NCBI GenBank assembly: GCA_029838195.1 | Contig: JALGVJ010000003.1 | Coordinates: 96,001 to 160,000 of the forward strand | From: Promethearchaeota archaeon | GTDB taxonomy: Archaea; Asgardarchaeota; Lokiarchaeia; Sigyniarchaeales; SOKP01 | Reading direction: 5' to 3' | Length of the DNA: 64,000 nt | In this document: in pieces, positions 50,216 to 59,835 of the stretch | Layout of the letters: each line of letters begins with the position of its first letter | Numbering within the stretch: position 1 is the stretch's first letter | Translations under genes and position numbers: made by a program | Notes under the pieces: generated by a model | The model's database searches: none | Told to the model about the DNA's origin: nothing | Seen by the model: only the letters and a program-made list of their open reading frames with translations

Positions 50216-53200
50216 TTATTGAGTTGAAATTATTTTTGAAATTAATTTTGGAAAATCACGCCATTGATTAAGGGTAAGTAATACTCCATTTACCTTTTTT
50301 ACCATTTCTTGAGCCATGACAGGAGAATAATCAAACTTTGGTACGACCATGACAAATTTTACATCTTTCTCTTTTATTTTTTCTAATTCCTCCAAGCTCT
50401 CCTCAAAATCGAACACGTCGGCGTCCGTAAAAAGAACATTTATTCTATATTTCGAGCGTGCTTTTTTTTCAAATTGATTATTTGCCCATTCTAAAGCCGA
50501 ACGAATACATGTCCCCCCTCTAGCTTCTATATCTAGCAATTCATCCACTAAATCTTCTAATTCAACATTTTCATCCAGATCTTTAAGTTTATGGGTATTA
50601 GATTCAAAAAACGTGAGTGCTAATTCTTCCGGTTTAAAAGCATAAACTAACATGGTTGCACATAAAGCCATTTGGGCTAGTTTTTCCCCGGTCATGCTCC
50701 CGCTTATATCTAATTCCAGCACGAGACATCTTAACCCTTGAGATGTTTTCGAAACAAGAAAATCTTCATCACTAATCATTTCAATTGTTTTCCCGGATTC
50801 TAAAAGCGAGCTAATGGTCTCTTCTAAGTCAATTAATTCGAAATCATCCCCTAAGGAATAGGGAATGACAGTGTTTTCAACTATAGGTCCGGCATTTGCG
50901 GTGCCGATCAAAGAATTTGCTGAACGTAACCCTAAATCAATCATGATTTGTTTGATGATCTGTTTCAATTTCAATTTAATCTTAGAAGAAATGTTATGGC
51001 GAGAAAAAAACCATTGTTCTAACAAATCCAACCCGTTACCTGCTCCCAATGAAGATAAGACCATCTCTAAAGCATCATCTCCCATTTTTTGTACAGAATT
51101 AAATACATCGGATAAAGATTTTTCACACAGACAAGTAATAGCATCAAAATTTGGTTTGCCATTACTGGTTCCTTTCAAAGCAATTTGCAGAACCTCCTCT
51201 ACTTGTTGAGAACTTAAATCTAATTGATTCAAGCTATCTTTATAAAGTGGATAACCTTTAGGCATGTTTTTTTTTACTAAAGCTTTAAAATAGTTAAATT
51301 TTGATTCGATTAAATTTAAAATGTCCTCTTCAGCCATTCCTAACATTCGTCCTCTCTTAATGATTGAATCTGGATTGGGAGGAAAATTTACATCTCTAAA
51401 ACTTTTTACGATAGTTCTTAAAAGTTCCGGAGTTGGCACGACATTAATGGTTTTATCTATAATTTCTGCGATTTCATGTTCAAGTTGTAATCTACAAGTT
51501 AAATCAGGACAATTGGTCCGATTCGAAATGAATTGATCCGCTAGCATTTTAAGTGAAATGCATTTATTTTTCGCATCATGAGAAGTCGTGTTAATTTCAT
51601 TCATGTCTCTTTCAATTAATTCGTGCATCAACTTGCGCCAAGCTGGTGATTTGACCGGAGATTTTATTAATTCTTGCTTAATTTCCTCGGTTTGATTATT
51701 GACCGAAAAGGTATTAAGGTTATTTAGTATCGTGTTAAGATAAGATTCCGTATAATTTCCTCCAAAATATCTATCTAAATTTTGACAATCATGATACACG
51801 TCCTTAAAAGGGAGATCCATGCTGTTCTCGATTACCTGATTTATTTCTTCGTCATCAAATTCAAAATGTCTTCCTAGAGTAGTAGCTGCATTAAATAAAT
51901 CATGGACCGTTCTATTTTGCTCAAGTAACGTGTTTCCTATTATATCTTTCAATTCTCTTTTAGTTTGCTCGTCCATGAGATCTGATTTTAAAAAGAAGTC
52001 CATATCTTGAATTGTTCCGTTAAAATCCTTACGCATTGATTTCTCCATGCTATTTAAAAATTGATCTTTATTTGCAATAGGGTTCTCCTTTTTCTTGTTT
52101 AAAATATCTTTTTGAGCTTCAATTGCATCGATTAATTTTTCATTTTTTTCTAATTCTTTCTGTAATCTTCTTTTTTCTTGCTCTTTCTCTACTTTTGAAT
52201 ATAAATATTCTATATTTTCTTTTTCTTTTTTTTTCCAGGAGAGAAATCGATCCAGAAAATTCATGGTTTCATCCAATTGAGATTTTTCCGTAAACATTGC
52301 CTCATTTTCTCCAAGTCTCTTGGCGAAAAAAATTAAGTTATCGAGTTCCTCTATGTCTTCAAGTCCCATTGCACCGGTCAATTGAGAATCTTTTATAGAT
52401 TTATCAGATTTAGGTGGAGGTTGGGTCTTTACATTTGAAAGATTTTCAATAATAGTATCCAAGAGGTCAGTAAATTCCTTTTTTTCATCATCACGCCATA
52501 ATTCCTCCTGTTCTTTTTGAGCAATCCGTGCAAGTAATTTTTCCCGGTTAATTTGAGAGTTTTCAATGATTTCTTGTAACATGTTTAAATTTTTAGCATC
52601 CAACACGTCCGAAGGTTCTAAATGATTGATTTTTTCTGATAAAAGCTTCCTGGCCATGCTGACTAACGAATCGAGATCTTTTATTTTTTGAACATCTAAA
52701 TCTCCATGGTTTTGTATGATGTCTAAAGCCGTTTTATATGGTTCTTTCTCTAAATCATTCGCATGGGTTTCAAATATGTTATTATCTATTATGCTCTCCA
52801 CCTTCTCTATATCAAAATCTACTAATTCTTCTTGATATTGTCTCAAAAATTCAAGATCGTCGAAAATATCCTCCAATTCATCATAATTTTCATTTAAATC
52901 ACTCAATAAATCTACTGCTTTTTCTCCAAAAAATAAATTAGATAGAAATGCATCACCTCCCCGTCCCTTCTCGTCCCTGTCTGAATAAGATAATAATTGA
53001 GTCGCTATTCTTCTAGCTAAGGCCTGATTCTCTAATGGACTTGTTACTACGGCAATTTCAATGAAATCTTCAACCTTACATGACCCCTTATTTAGAAATC
53101 TTGCTATTATCAGCGAACAAATAGCAATTGCTTGTCTAATGGATGGTTTATATAAACATTTTTCATGGTTTCTCAGAGCCGTGATAAATTTTAATGCAAA

Positions 53201-53230
53201 CCAAGTCGGATTCATGGGAAATAGAATCAT
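50216..53230 (-). CDS. Large VWA-domain protein (CoxE-like C-terminus)
   Basis: IDLEETI, MIDAS DISGSM, GGTCI and FTDAD; long helical/coiled-coil middle. Confidence 0.9.
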   Translation of the reverse strand: MILFPMNPTWFALKFITALRNHEKCLYKPSIRQAIAICSLIIARFLNKGSCKVEDFIEIAVVTSPLENQALARRIATQLLSYSDRDEKGRGGDAFLSNLFFGEKAVDLLSDLNENYDELEDIFDDLEFLRQYQEELVDFDIEKVESIIDNNIFETHANDLEKEPYKTALDIIQNHGDLDVQKIKDLDSLVSMARKLLSEKINHLEPSDVLDAKNLNMLQEIIENSQINREKLLARIAQKEQEELWRDDEKKEFTDLLDTIIENLSNVKTQPPPKSDKSIKDSQLTGAMGLEDIEELDNLIFFAKRLGENEAMFTEKSQLDETMNFLDRFLSWKKKEKENIEYLYSKVEKEQEKRRLQKELEKNEKLIDAIEAQKDILNKKKENPIANKDQFLNSMEKSMRKDFNGTIQDMDFFLKSDLMDEQTKRELKDIIGNTLLEQNRTVHDLFNAATTLGRHFEFDDEEINQVIENSMDLPFKDVYHDCQNLDRYFGGNYTESYLNTILNNLNTFSVNNQTEEIKQELIKSPVKSPAWRKLMHELIERDMNEINTTSHDAKNKCISLKMLADQFISNRTNCPDLTCRLQLEHEIAEIIDKTINVVPTPELLRTIVKSFRDVNFPPNPDSIIKRGRMLGMAEEDILNLIESKFNYFKALVKKNMPKGYPLYKDSLNQLDLSSQQVEEVLQIALKGTSNGKPNFDAITCLCEKSLSDVFNSVQKMGDDALEMVLSSLGAGNGLDLLEQWFFSRHNISSKIKLKLKQIIKQIMIDLGLRSANSLIGTANAGPIVENTVIPYSLGDDFELIDLEETISSLLESGKTIEMISDEDFLVSKTSQGLRCLVLELDISGSMTGEKLAQMALCATMLVYAFKPEELALTFFESNTHKLKDLDENVELEDLVDELLDIEARGGTCIRSALEWANNQFEKKARSKYRINVLFTDADVFDFEESLEELEKIKEKDVKFVMVVPKFDYSPVMAQEMVKKVNGVLLTLNQWRDFPKLISKIISTQ

Positions 53231-53250
53231 GGCCCATTCCTCACCTCTAT

Positions 53251-54366
53251 TTAAGCTCCTCCCCCTATTACTTGAGAAACAATGTTTTTAGTGACGTCCT
53301 CTATTTTTATACCCGGTTTTGGTTGGATAGCTCCTTGAAGAACTATGGGCACAATTGTCCGCAAGATAGAGTGAGGGTCAGCCTTTTTTTCTTTCATTTT
53401 TATGATACCCGTTAATCGAGCCATGGCAATTCCCGCTCTAAGACTCGCCGGAACTTGAACTTGATGATGAGTACGCGTGCTGTGAATTATTAAATAAATC
53501 ATTTCTAAGGCACTTTCATCGATTTGAAAATAGGGATTGTTATGTTCAATGATTTCCAATTCTGTTTTTTTATCGGGATAATCTAATTCTATCCAAACAT
53601 TAAATCTATCCTTTAGAGCTTCGCCAAGACGATGTGTACCTGCCAATTCCGAGGGATTCATAGACCCGATGAAAAAAAAACCGGGGGATGCTTTGATTCG
53701 TCCTAAATGAGGAACAGCCACGGTTTTTTCTTCTAAAGGCTCTAATAATGAATTTTGCGTATATTCCGTAGCCCGGTTAATTTCATTTGCTAAAAAAACC
53801 CCTCCGTATAACATTGCTTTAAGTAGTGGTCCTGGATTAAATGCTTCAAATGAAAACCCTTTTTGAATCGTGACAGCAGGATTAAAACTTCCAATTAAAT
53901 GAGCCGGTTTAGTGGATTCATCAAATGTAATCCATTCAAAAGAATTATTTCCTGTTAATTCAGCTCTTGCTTGTGCATAATATCGGCATAAAGTGGTTTT
54001 TCCGATTCCTGGAGGTCCTACTAATACTGGATAGAGATTCCCCGCATCAGCTTCCGCTATGAGATTAAAAGCTTTTTTGTATTGACCGGATAATACAATT
54101 TCAATTTTTTCTTCTTTTAATGTTATCAAATTTTGTTTAAAAAGCTCTTCCAACGATTTGGAACTAGAGCCATTTACTCCAGCTTGGAGGTATGGCGACT
54201 TCTTTAATAGTCTTAAAATATCATTAGATAATTTTTCTTTTGCCGATTGTTTAGCCCCTTTTTTAGGCAATTTTTTCCCGGATCCACGAGTTTTCGACGA
54301 CCGAGAGGAAGAGGAGGTAGCTTTTTTAGATGTTCTGGATTTTTTTACAGGTGGTTTTTTTGCCAT
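53251..54366 (-). CDS. MoxR-family AAA+ ATPase (CoxD/GvpN/AAA_5-like)
   Basis: Walker A GPPGIGKT, LIG, F.PGPLL.AM..GG, variant Walker B FLANEINRA, SMNP and ALKDRF. Confidence 0.9.
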   Translation of the reverse strand: MAKKPPVKKSRTSKKATSSSSRSSKTRGSGKKLPKKGAKQSAKEKLSNDILRLLKKSPYLQAGVNGSSSKSLEELFKQNLITLKEEKIEIVLSGQYKKAFNLIAEADAGNLYPVLVGPPGIGKTTLCRYYAQARAELTGNNSFEWITFDESTKPAHLIGSFNPAVTIQKGFSFEAFNPGPLLKAMLYGGVFLANEINRATEYTQNSLLEPLEEKTVAVPHLGRIKASPGFFFIGSMNPSELAGTHRLGEALKDRFNVWIELDYPDKKTELEIIEHNNPYFQIDESALEMIYLIIHSTRTHHQVQVPASLRAGIAMARLTGIIKMKEKKADPHSILRTIVPIVLQGAIQPKPGIKIEDVTKNIVSQVIGGGA

Positions 54367-54590
54367 AAAACCTCATTTTTTTAATTTATTATTAGTAGAT
54401 CATGAATAAATTATTTCTTAATTTTAAAAACCGCTTTAATTTTTGCCGCACTTATTAATACGAATCCTTCAATTAATATACAATATTATTTCTTAGATCT
54501 ATGATTTTATTTAAATCTTTCGATAGAATGCATTATCTTCTTAAAAAATTTAAATCCATGAACATGAGAAGAATCGAGAAATTATATTTC

Positions 54591-55643
54591 TTAATAAATA
54601 CAAATTTTAAATCCACAATATTTACATTCTCCCTTTAAATTTACGTGCATCTCATCAATTCCAAAAATTTTTCTTTTAATGACGATTTTGGAACATCTCG
54701 GACAAATAGTATTTTCATAAGACAAGTCGGGCACGTTTCCTAAATAAACGTGTTTTAATCCCGTATTTTTAGCAAGAGTATATAATTTTTTTAATAATTC
54801 TATAGAAGTGGGTTTATTAAATCCATGATCCCAACTTTTATAATGAGGATAAAATCTGGTTATATGGAATGGAGTATACTCTCCAAGCTCGGAATAGATT
54901 CGGGAAGCAATAGATTCAATCGTTGGACTATCGGAATTTAAATTCTCTATAACGAGAGTAGTTATTTCCACATGGATCCCTAATTCTTTAGCAATACGTG
55001 CATTTCTCCACACTTTTTCAACATCTGCTCCGCAATATTTCCTTACAACTTCAGCATTTCCTTTAACATCAATGTTAATGGCATCTAACCCCGCTCTTGC
55101 TAATTCCTTTAGCACGTCCTCTGTCATGTAGCCATTTGAGACATATGTATTATATAACCCATGTTTTTTAGCTAACCTAAATAATTCCAATGAATACTCA
55201 AGAAGTAAAGTAGGCTCATTGAAGGAAATTGAAGTTCCTTGACAATTATTACGGAGAGCAAGTTTAATGAGATCTTCAACCGAGAGATAATGAGATGATC
55301 TTTTAATTAATAACGGAATTGGGTCTCTAGGATGAGAGAGATGATGGTTTTGACACCAAAAACAATCAAAATTGCATCCATATGTCCCTATAGTTAAAGC
55401 AATAGTTCCGGGGTGAAAATGAAATAATGGTTTTTTCTCTATGGGATTAAAAGAAATAGCAGGAATGCACCCATATACGATGCTAAATATCTTTCCTTCT
55501 TTATTTATCCTGGTTTTACAACAACCAAGATTATTAGGAATAATCACGCATTTTCTTTCGCACGTAAGACATTGAGCATTATTATTTTTTAATCTTTTTT
55601 GAAATCGCCCTTTTTTATAATATTTTGGATTAATTTCAATCAT
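54591..55643 (-). CDS. amrS: AmmeMemoRadiSam-system radical SAM enzyme
   Basis: PIEKKPLFHFHPG, GCNFDCFWCQN, NEPT, NIDVKG and HVEITTL. Confidence 0.9.
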   Translation of the reverse strand: MIEINPKYYKKGRFQKRLKNNNAQCLTCERKCVIIPNNLGCCKTRINKEGKIFSIVYGCIPAISFNPIEKKPLFHFHPGTIALTIGTYGCNFDCFWCQNHHLSHPRDPIPLLIKRSSHYLSVEDLIKLALRNNCQGTSISFNEPTLLLEYSLELFRLAKKHGLYNTYVSNGYMTEDVLKELARAGLDAINIDVKGNAEVVRKYCGADVEKVWRNARIAKELGIHVEITTLVIENLNSDSPTIESIASRIYSELGEYTPFHITRFYPHYKSWDHGFNKPTSIELLKKLYTLAKNTGLKHVYLGNVPDLSYENTICPRCSKIVIKRKIFGIDEMHVNLKGECKYCGFKICIY

Positions 55644-55925
55644 AGCTACTGATATTAGAAAAAAATCTTTCTTTAATTTTTATGGCATGATAAAGTTAAT
55701 TAGATTTAAATAAAAACATGAGCTTCTTCATGAATTTAAAAAGATAATAGATTGGATAATAGAAAAAAAATATAATCATGCTGAACATATAAGTGATAGG
55801 TCATGTCTTTTATTTTATTTAATCCATTTCTTATTCAGCCCTCATCCTTACCTTGTATTATTTAATATAACGGGCTGAGTTCTACATGGTTTAAGATATG
55901 GGGTGTTAATATTTTTAAATTCAAA

Positions 55926-56657
55926 TCATTCATGTTGAGGAACAATCAATTCTATAGCGTATTTTTTTAATAGAGTTAAAACATCTTCTTTAATTTTCTC
56001 TGCAATTTTAAAACAAATGAAAAATCGCTGAAATTCCATATTATAAGTTTTCTCAAGAAATTGAATTTTCTTAATGAAAGTTCGAATTTTATCTAATTCC
56101 GTGATTTTAAGGGTAGCTTCTCCAATTATATTAGGATTGATATGGAAAATATCGATTTCGACATCCTCCGTGTCAGGATGCACGAAATGTTCTTTGTCCG
56201 TAAAATGCTGTCTTATTTGTAAATCTACATTTAAACCTCTATTTTTAAATTCACGTTTTACAATTGAATACCCCATCCCTTCTACTACATCAGAATATCC
56301 TATATCAATCGCATCAAATCGCTCGTATACTCTATCAAATCGATCGTCCATCTGTTTTTGCATGGCATTGAATCGGTCATCCATTTGTTTTTGCATGGCA
56401 TTGAATCGGTCGTCCATCTGTTTTTGCATGGCATTGAATCGGTCGTCCATCTGTTTTTGCATGGCATTGAATCGGTCGTCCATCTGTTTTTGTATGGCAT
56501 TGAATCGCTCGTCTATTCTTTCCATAGCATCGAGAAACTCATCTCTAGTAAGAAAATTTTCCTTCAGATATTTAATTTGAATAGCTTTTACTTTTTCTTC
56601 TATTTTAGATTCAATTATATTTTCAATTTCTTTAATTAAATGCGGATCGATGGTCAT
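55926..56657 (-). CDS. Coiled-coil repeat protein with a C-terminal PD-(D/E)XK-like (DUF3782-like) domain
   Basis: 11-aa repeats MDDRFNAMQKQ, then VEG...EIDI...IIGEAT. Confidence 0.75.
   Translation of the reverse strand: MTIDPHLIKEIENIIESKIEEKVKAIQIKYLKENFLTRDEFLDAMERIDERFNAIQKQMDDRFNAMQKQMDDRFNAMQKQMDDRFNAMQKQMDDRFNAMQKQMDDRFDRVYERFDAIDIGYSDVVEGMGYSIVKREFKNRGLNVDLQIRQHFTDKEHFVHPDTEDVEIDIFHINPNIIGEATLKITELDKIRTFIKKIQFLEKTYNMEFQRFFICFKIAEKIKEDVLTLLKKYAIELIVPQHE
56344..56508. repeat. Five near-perfect 33-bp coding tandem repeats
   Basis: Unit TCGTCCATCTGTTTTTGCATGGCATTGAATCGG, head-to-tail with no spacers. Confidence 0.95.
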
Positions 56658-56902
56658 GCTAAAATTTATATTTTTTTCTAAGCATTATATATCTTTCTAA
56701 TAATTTATATTTAAGCTTCCCGTGAAAATTTATTTTCTTTAGTAAAAATGGGGTTGTAAATTTTTATAAATTCCTTATAATTTTCATGGAATTATTCTTA
56801 GCTTTATTTTTAAGCTGGAGAAGGAATGAATAGAATTATTGAGAGAAAATAAAATAAGATTGCATGTTTTAATTCTAAAAATTTATAATTTTAAGAGAAA
56901 TA

Positions 56903-58276
56903 TCATCTCGATTTCATGAGAGGCATGAAACATTGAAAAATTCTTGCATACATCGCTCTAATCACGGTTGAATTAAAAAGAATTCTAATTGCTTTCAATA
57001 AGAAGTAATGATTTCTCGGGAAGAACGTTGTTCGCTTTTTATCATAGGTTATTTTTTTAATATAAAATTTCTTTTGAAACAAGGAAATTATCAGTTGATA
57101 CGTGATAATTGCTATAATATCCCACGCCCTTTTCACATGGGCTTCCGGATAGGGTAATTCTTCTCCCATGGCTAGTCGAACGACCTCTACAACATGATAT
57201 ATATCAATTTTACTTCTCAATAATTCCCTAGTTGCCCATAATAAATACAAGCATCCTCCACAATAAGATATCAATGCTCGTGCTCCTGTTTCTTCTGCTT
57301 CCTTGAATTTTTTTGTCCCCTCCGAAATTATATCAAAAGGAATGGCAATATTTTTTACCCAGGACGCACCCGCTCCAAAGCCGCAACATAATGAATCTTT
57401 TCGATTATGCTCCATCTCTACAATTTCACATCCACATTTTTCTACGATTTTTCTTGGAGGCTCCCAATATTTTCCTTCAATTGCTTTTGAATAACAGTTA
57501 TCATGTATTGTTACCTTGAAATTTAATTTCTTCTTAATGGGTATTTCATTTAAATTCAATTTCTCCAATAACCATTCATCGAGATTTTTAAAATGTTGCT
57601 CATGTATCACACCCATTTCTTTTGGATGTACTTCATTGAAAATGTATTCTACCGCATCTAACGTTGCAACCACTTCTTTTACGCCCCATTGATCAAAATC
57701 ATTTTTGGTTCTACGCGCAATCTTTTGAACCACATCTAAATAACCGCCTTGATATAAATATGCCCCTCCCTCCCATTGATCAATTCTGTCAATGGGTTTA
57801 AAATATGATAATAATTGGCTTCCACCAAGAACAAAAGGAAATAAATGAGTATAATTTCCCACTAATAAAATTTTATCCCCTGGTTTTGGCACGTAGTTCA
57901 TCCACTCATGAATCCATTTTCGCTCTTGGGGAGAGAGAAACACATTAAGTAATTGCCAAATATTCGGGGTTTCCGTGGGGCAAACAAACCGATATAACGG
58001 AGGCGCTCCTCGCTTATAATATAAATCATTCCAGCGTTCTAATATTAATTGATAAGGATTCGCTCCTTTTGGACAGTAAAGATTGCATGAAAAACAAGTA
58101 TTGCATTTGTATAAAGCTAACTTAGACTCTTTTCCTTCAATTAATCGAGAAATTTCCTCTTTTGCTTCTTCCAAAGGTAACTGTAAAACGGGACATTTAT
58201 GAAGGCAAATCCCACACTCATCGCATGCTTCTTTCTTAAAAGCTGAAATTCTTTTTATCTTGCTCATTTTAAACAA
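56903..58276 (-). CDS. HdrD/GlpC-like Fe-S oxidoreductase (first CCG domain degenerate)
   Basis: CDECGICLHKCP, CNTCFSCNLYCP, HDNC, CCGFGAG and CGGC. Confidence 0.85.
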   Translation of the reverse strand: MFKMSKIKRISAFKKEACDECGICLHKCPVLQLPLEEAKEEISRLIEGKESKLALYKCNTCFSCNLYCPKGANPYQLILERWNDLYYKRGAPPLYRFVCPTETPNIWQLLNVFLSPQERKWIHEWMNYVPKPGDKILLVGNYTHLFPFVLGGSQLLSYFKPIDRIDQWEGGAYLYQGGYLDVVQKIARRTKNDFDQWGVKEVVATLDAVEYIFNEVHPKEMGVIHEQHFKNLDEWLLEKLNLNEIPIKKKLNFKVTIHDNCYSKAIEGKYWEPPRKIVEKCGCEIVEMEHNRKDSLCCGFGAGASWVKNIAIPFDIISEGTKKFKEAEETGARALISYCGGCLYLLWATRELLRSKIDIYHVVEVVRLAMGEELPYPEAHVKRAWDIIAIITYQLIISLFQKKFYIKKITYDKKRTTFFPRNHYFLLKAIRILFNSTVIRAMYARIFQCFMPLMKSR

Positions 58277-58321
58277 AAATCCTCCTTTAATTATTTGATA
58301 TTAAATTGCAATTAAAATTAT

Positions 58322-59596
58322 TCAATAAGCAATATCATACGAAGGGGGATCCTCTGCTATATCGGCAATCTTAATTTTTTTTAAGGACAATAGCTTAGGC
58401 ATTTGTTTTTTAATGATTCCCCAGAAAAAGTGTGATGCTCGTTGTTTTTTTGCCTTTTCTGTTAAAGAAGGCTCTTCTCCCATCGCTTTTTGAATTAATT
58501 CATTAATGTGGAAAATTTTCATTTTCTTTCCCATTATTAATTTTTGAACCGTCGTTAAAGTGGCCAAACATCCGGCGCAATACACGCAAATTGCATCTGC
58601 TTTAGTCTCTTTGAACTCTCTAAGATTTCTCATTCCTGATTGAATTAATGAAAGTGGATGGTAAGCAGAGTTTACGGAAAATCCACCCCCAATACCACAA
58701 CAACGCATGTTTTCTCGGCATGCTTTAGTTTCTATCACCTTTACTCCTAGGTGATTCAGGATTTTTCGGGGCAAATCCATGTATTCATCACCGAACATTT
58801 TAGCATAGCAAGATTCTTGAATAGTAACTTTCATATCAAGTTTCTCCTTTATTTTCACTTCTCCTCTTTCGATTTTTTCCCAAATATATTGTATATAAGA
58901 TTTTATTGAGTCAAATTTGTAGGTGAGTCCATAGTGCGGTAGAACGTTTTTAAAAACATTTGTTCCAGCCGTGCACATGACAATCAAATTTTTGGGCTTT
59001 AAAGTATTAAACCATTTATCCAATCTCTTAGTTATTTGAAATAATTTATCTGCATATCCCGTTCTAAATAATGTTTCACCGCAACAATATTCTAACCGGC
59101 CTCTAATGTCTAAATCTTGAAAAATGGAAAGTTGCGTGAGCTCAGGAAACGTGATGACATTACAGCCCGGATAAGTCAATGTAACTCCTTTCAAGGGAGT
59201 CAACGCAGCCCATTTTTTAACTAACTCTTTCATACTTTCAGGTAATTTATCTATAACATGCGTGCGAAAGTTAGGATAATGGGGATATAAGGTCATGAAA
59301 TATTCTCCTCTCTTTTTGAGCCCTTCTTCTTGATATTGTTCGTACCATCTCTTCAAAATTAAACTGGCCGGACGAGCATTTTCGGGGCAATAAAAATTAC
59401 AACTAAAGCAGCTTTGGCATTTTTTCAACACGATTTCTGTTTTTTCCCCATTTATTAAACGATTAATTTCTTGAATTGATTTAGCAAGCGGCAAGTGCAT
59501 TATAGGACAATCATGAAAACATAGGCCGCAGCGCGTGCAGGCTTTCTCATCAAATTCGGAGAAAAAATCAATATTTACGGGTTTAATCTCGTTCAT
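58322..59596 (-). CDS. HdrD/GlpC-like Fe-S oxidoreductase with two CCG domains
   Basis: CTRCGLCFHDCP, CQSCFSCNFYCP, YPGC, YCCGE, QESC, CCGIGGG and CAGC. Confidence 0.85.
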   Translation of the reverse strand: MNEIKPVNIDFFSEFDEKACTRCGLCFHDCPIMHLPLAKSIQEINRLINGEKTEIVLKKCQSCFSCNFYCPENARPASLILKRWYEQYQEEGLKKRGEYFMTLYPHYPNFRTHVIDKLPESMKELVKKWAALTPLKGVTLTYPGCNVITFPELTQLSIFQDLDIRGRLEYCCGETLFRTGYADKLFQITKRLDKWFNTLKPKNLIVMCTAGTNVFKNVLPHYGLTYKFDSIKSYIQYIWEKIERGEVKIKEKLDMKVTIQESCYAKMFGDEYMDLPRKILNHLGVKVIETKACRENMRCCGIGGGFSVNSAYHPLSLIQSGMRNLREFKETKADAICVYCAGCLATLTTVQKLIMGKKMKIFHINELIQKAMGEEPSLTEKAKKQRASHFFWGIIKKQMPKLLSLKKIKIADIAEDPPSYDIAY

Positions 59597-59835
59597 GGCA
59601 TGTATTTTTTATTATATTATCCATTATTTTTTTTTATATTATATAATATTACTTTTCATGAATTTTAATCATTTCCACCTTTCTAAATTCAAATTTTTTG
59701 AAATGCGTCATCAACCAGTAAGCAACCCCTCAAAATCAAAAGATTTTTTTCACGTCCAATAAATAATTTATTTGAATACTGTAAATATATTTGTTTTTTA
59801 TTGAAAATAAAAATAAACACCCCTTCCCTTGAAAG

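Noticed and set aside
54591-55643. amrS as a fourth member of the MoxR/VWA/SWIM operon
   Set aside because: It is separated by a 224-bp AT-rich gap and belongs to a widespread independent system whose usual partners (AmrA/AmrB) are not here.
56344-56508. 33-bp repeats as a possible CRISPR array
   Set aside because: The units are head-to-tail with no unique spacers, are a multiple of 3, and lie in frame inside a CDS. No cas genes are present.
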